Part shown: piece by piece, positions 62,550-64,000 of the stretch | Layout of the letters: each line of letters starts with the position of its first letter | Numbering within the stretch: the stretch's first letter is position 1 | Source: Polynucleobacter sp. | GTDB lineage: Bacteria > Pseudomonadota > Gammaproteobacteria > Burkholderiales > Burkholderiaceae | Assembly (NCBI GenBank): GCA_044345755.1 | Contig: JBIJAM010000001.1 | Location: forward strand, 25,865 to 89,864 | DNA: 64,000 nt | Direction: 5' to 3' | Made by a program: the position numbers and the translations under genes | The notes under the pieces: generated by a model | The model's database searches: none | Told to the model about the DNA's origin: nothing | Seen by the model: the letters and a program-made list of their open reading frames with translations, nothing else

Positions 62550-62744
62550 ATGAGCAAAATCAGAATGACGAGCGGCTACACCAAAACCGATGCACGGCAA
62601 ATGCATTTAACCCTTCAAGAAGTAGCCGACGCCCTGAACTTAACCAAGGAGCGGGTACGGCAGATTGAGGCAAAAGCCTTACTCAATTTAAGGAAAAAGC
62701 TCCAGGCTAAGGGCATTAAACCGAGCGACCTGCTGGGATCGTAA
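62550..62744 (+). CDS. Stand-alone sigma-70 region 4 HTH protein (64 aa)
   Basis: [28 protein letters not shown] closely parallels RpoD region 4.2; SD AAGGAG before ATG 62550. Confidence 0.8.
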   Translation: [64 protein letters not shown]

Positions 62745-62816
62745 TAATTTGAGCAGGCTCACTCTGTGACCTTGATGGCTTTCATACTGGTCTTTCAATC
62801 AAAGACAAGGACCTAG

Positions 62817-63257
62817 ATGACCGCACAAGTACACGAAGAACTGCTGTATGAGGGGAAGTCTATCTCCTTATGCAGTGAGCCATTAGCGCTATACCTAAAA
62901 CAGAATGAGATTAGGTTTGAGGCTTCCAGTACCGCCTGTTGGCGCGGGTATGTTGGCTCATGGCAGATCATTGAGGCCGAGGGTGCTGAACGCCTCTACC
63001 TCATTGGTATAGAGGCGTACAAGGACTATGAAACCGTTCTGACCCTACCGGATCTTTTTCCAGGCTTTGATAAGGTCTTTGCCCATTGGTTTACTGGGGA
63101 ATTGCGCTGCCCACAAGGTGAGCTCCTGAATTATGTTCATGGCGGCTATGCCAGTACCTACGAATACGACCTCATGATGGAATTTAAGCAAGGTGTCTTG
63201 CTAAAAAAGTACGCCATTCACAACAAAGATCCAAACTCTGAAGAAAGTTCGGACTAA
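62817..63257 (+). CDS. Hypothetical protein
   Basis: 146-aa ORF with SD AAGGA; STACWRGY and W.TGELR.PQG..L.YVH.GY motifs. Confidence 0.75.
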   Translation: MTAQVHEELLYEGKSISLCSEPLALYLKQNEIRFEASSTACWRGYVGSWQIIEAEGAERLYLIGIEAYKDYETVLTLPDLFPGFDKVFAHWFTGELRCPQGELLNYVHGGYASTYEYDLMMEFKQGVLLKKYAIHNKDPNSEESSD

Positions 63258-63261
63258 TCCA

Positions 63262-63852
63262 GTGACCATTAGCTTTGACTACACCTTATTGCAGTGGTTT
63301 GGAATTTACACCCTACCCGGCCTTGCCTATGTGATTTACAACATGATCAAGCTCTATCGTGAACGTAACTCTAAGTTTGTAAACGACATGCTGCTGGCGA
63401 TACATAACAAGACCAGCACACAAAAACGCATTGAGGATGGCATCGCCTACGGCGTTGCCTCCATCTGCATTCTAGTGGCTTGGCCTGGCTTTATTGTCTG
63501 GTGGCTATTGCAAAAACGCGATGAGCCTGAAGCACTGGATGATGAAGATGAGGATGACTTTACCTGCAGCATGACTCACTTAGTCAGTGAAGTAACGCCA
63601 ATTGAAGCGGAAGTATTTAACCAGGTACACGATCCATTAGATAAAGCGCCTAAGCTACCCTTTGGACACCTCAATAAAGCATGGGGTCGCCTATTAGCAG
63701 AAATGACCGAGCCAGCAGATAAGCTGTGGTCGTTCTTTATTCCGAAAGATAGTGCTATCGGCAAGTACCGAAGTGTTAGTGGTGATGTGCGTGGTTACGC
63801 AATTGTGCGTAAAGGCAAGATTGTGGGCGAACTAGTGGTTGAGAGCGATTAA
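63262..63852 (+). CDS. Hypothetical membrane protein
   Basis: Two N-terminal TM segments, acidic linker, soluble C-terminal domain (PFGHLN.AW). Confidence 0.7.
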   Translation: MTISFDYTLLQWFGIYTLPGLAYVIYNMIKLYRERNSKFVNDMLLAIHNKTSTQKRIEDGIAYGVASICILVAWPGFIVWWLLQKRDEPEALDDEDEDDFTCSMTHLVSEVTPIEAEVFNQVHDPLDKAPKLPFGHLNKAWGRLLAEMTEPADKLWSFFIPKDSAIGKYRSVSGDVRGYAIVRKGKIVGELVVESD

Positions 63853-64000
63853 TACAGTTTTAGCATGGTGATCAACGGGATTAGGTATGAGTGCCCATAG
63901 ATCAGAGGACGAGGCTATTAAGCAGAGTCTTTTTCATTGAAAAACCATACCAGCGTGTGCACTCTGCCAAACCCTTATTCCCTGAGGGACTCCTTTCAGA

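Noticed and set aside
62493-62744. Functional sigma factor (rpoD/rpoS)
   Set aside because: Only region 4 is present and there is no upstream region-2 coding sequence; kept as a stand-alone domain finding.
1-64000. CRISPR array, rRNA, tRNA or IS transposase
   Set aside because: No repeat-spacer periodicity, cloverleaf or transposase ORF recognised by eye; a covariance-model scan would be needed to exclude tRNAs fully.

Overview
Betaproteobacterial chromosome segment; gene content and order suggest a streamlined Burkholderiaceae such as Polynucleobacter (inference). The left ~22 kb is mostly core genome: bamB(partial), yfgM, hisS, ispG, rlmN, ndk, yccA, rlmD, a 3'-5' exonuclease, nlpD, pcm, surE, recR, ybaB, dnaX and the SRP RNA (ffs). 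It also carries small accessory inserts: a secreted Ntn-hydrolase, antitoxin remnants, a HigBA-like TA pair and a CzcCBA-like RND pump. Right after ffs an accessory region begins and runs off the window, in three parts. (i) An ~11 kb intact, co-oriented phage-derived module: YdaU-type replication initiator with internal iterons, TerS, TerL, portal, scaffold, podophage-type major capsid, 3-TM holin and M15 endolysin, with a divergent AlpA. No tail genes, repressor or integrase are recognisable. (ii) An AT-rich 7-deazaguanine DNA-modification/restriction (Dpd) island: dpdC-dpdB-dpdA-dpdB2-queC-queE-dpdEFGHIJK-dpdD plus a triple-domain QueD, flanked by an HhH-glycosylase-like gene. (iii) Mobile-element-type small genes, including a SprT-like protease and a stand-alone sigma70 region-4 protein. 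The most notable candidate is the tail-less replicate-package-lyse capsid module, which could be a capsid-forming satellite or GTA-like element next to a Dpd defence island. All family assignments come from motif recognition by eye; no searches were run.
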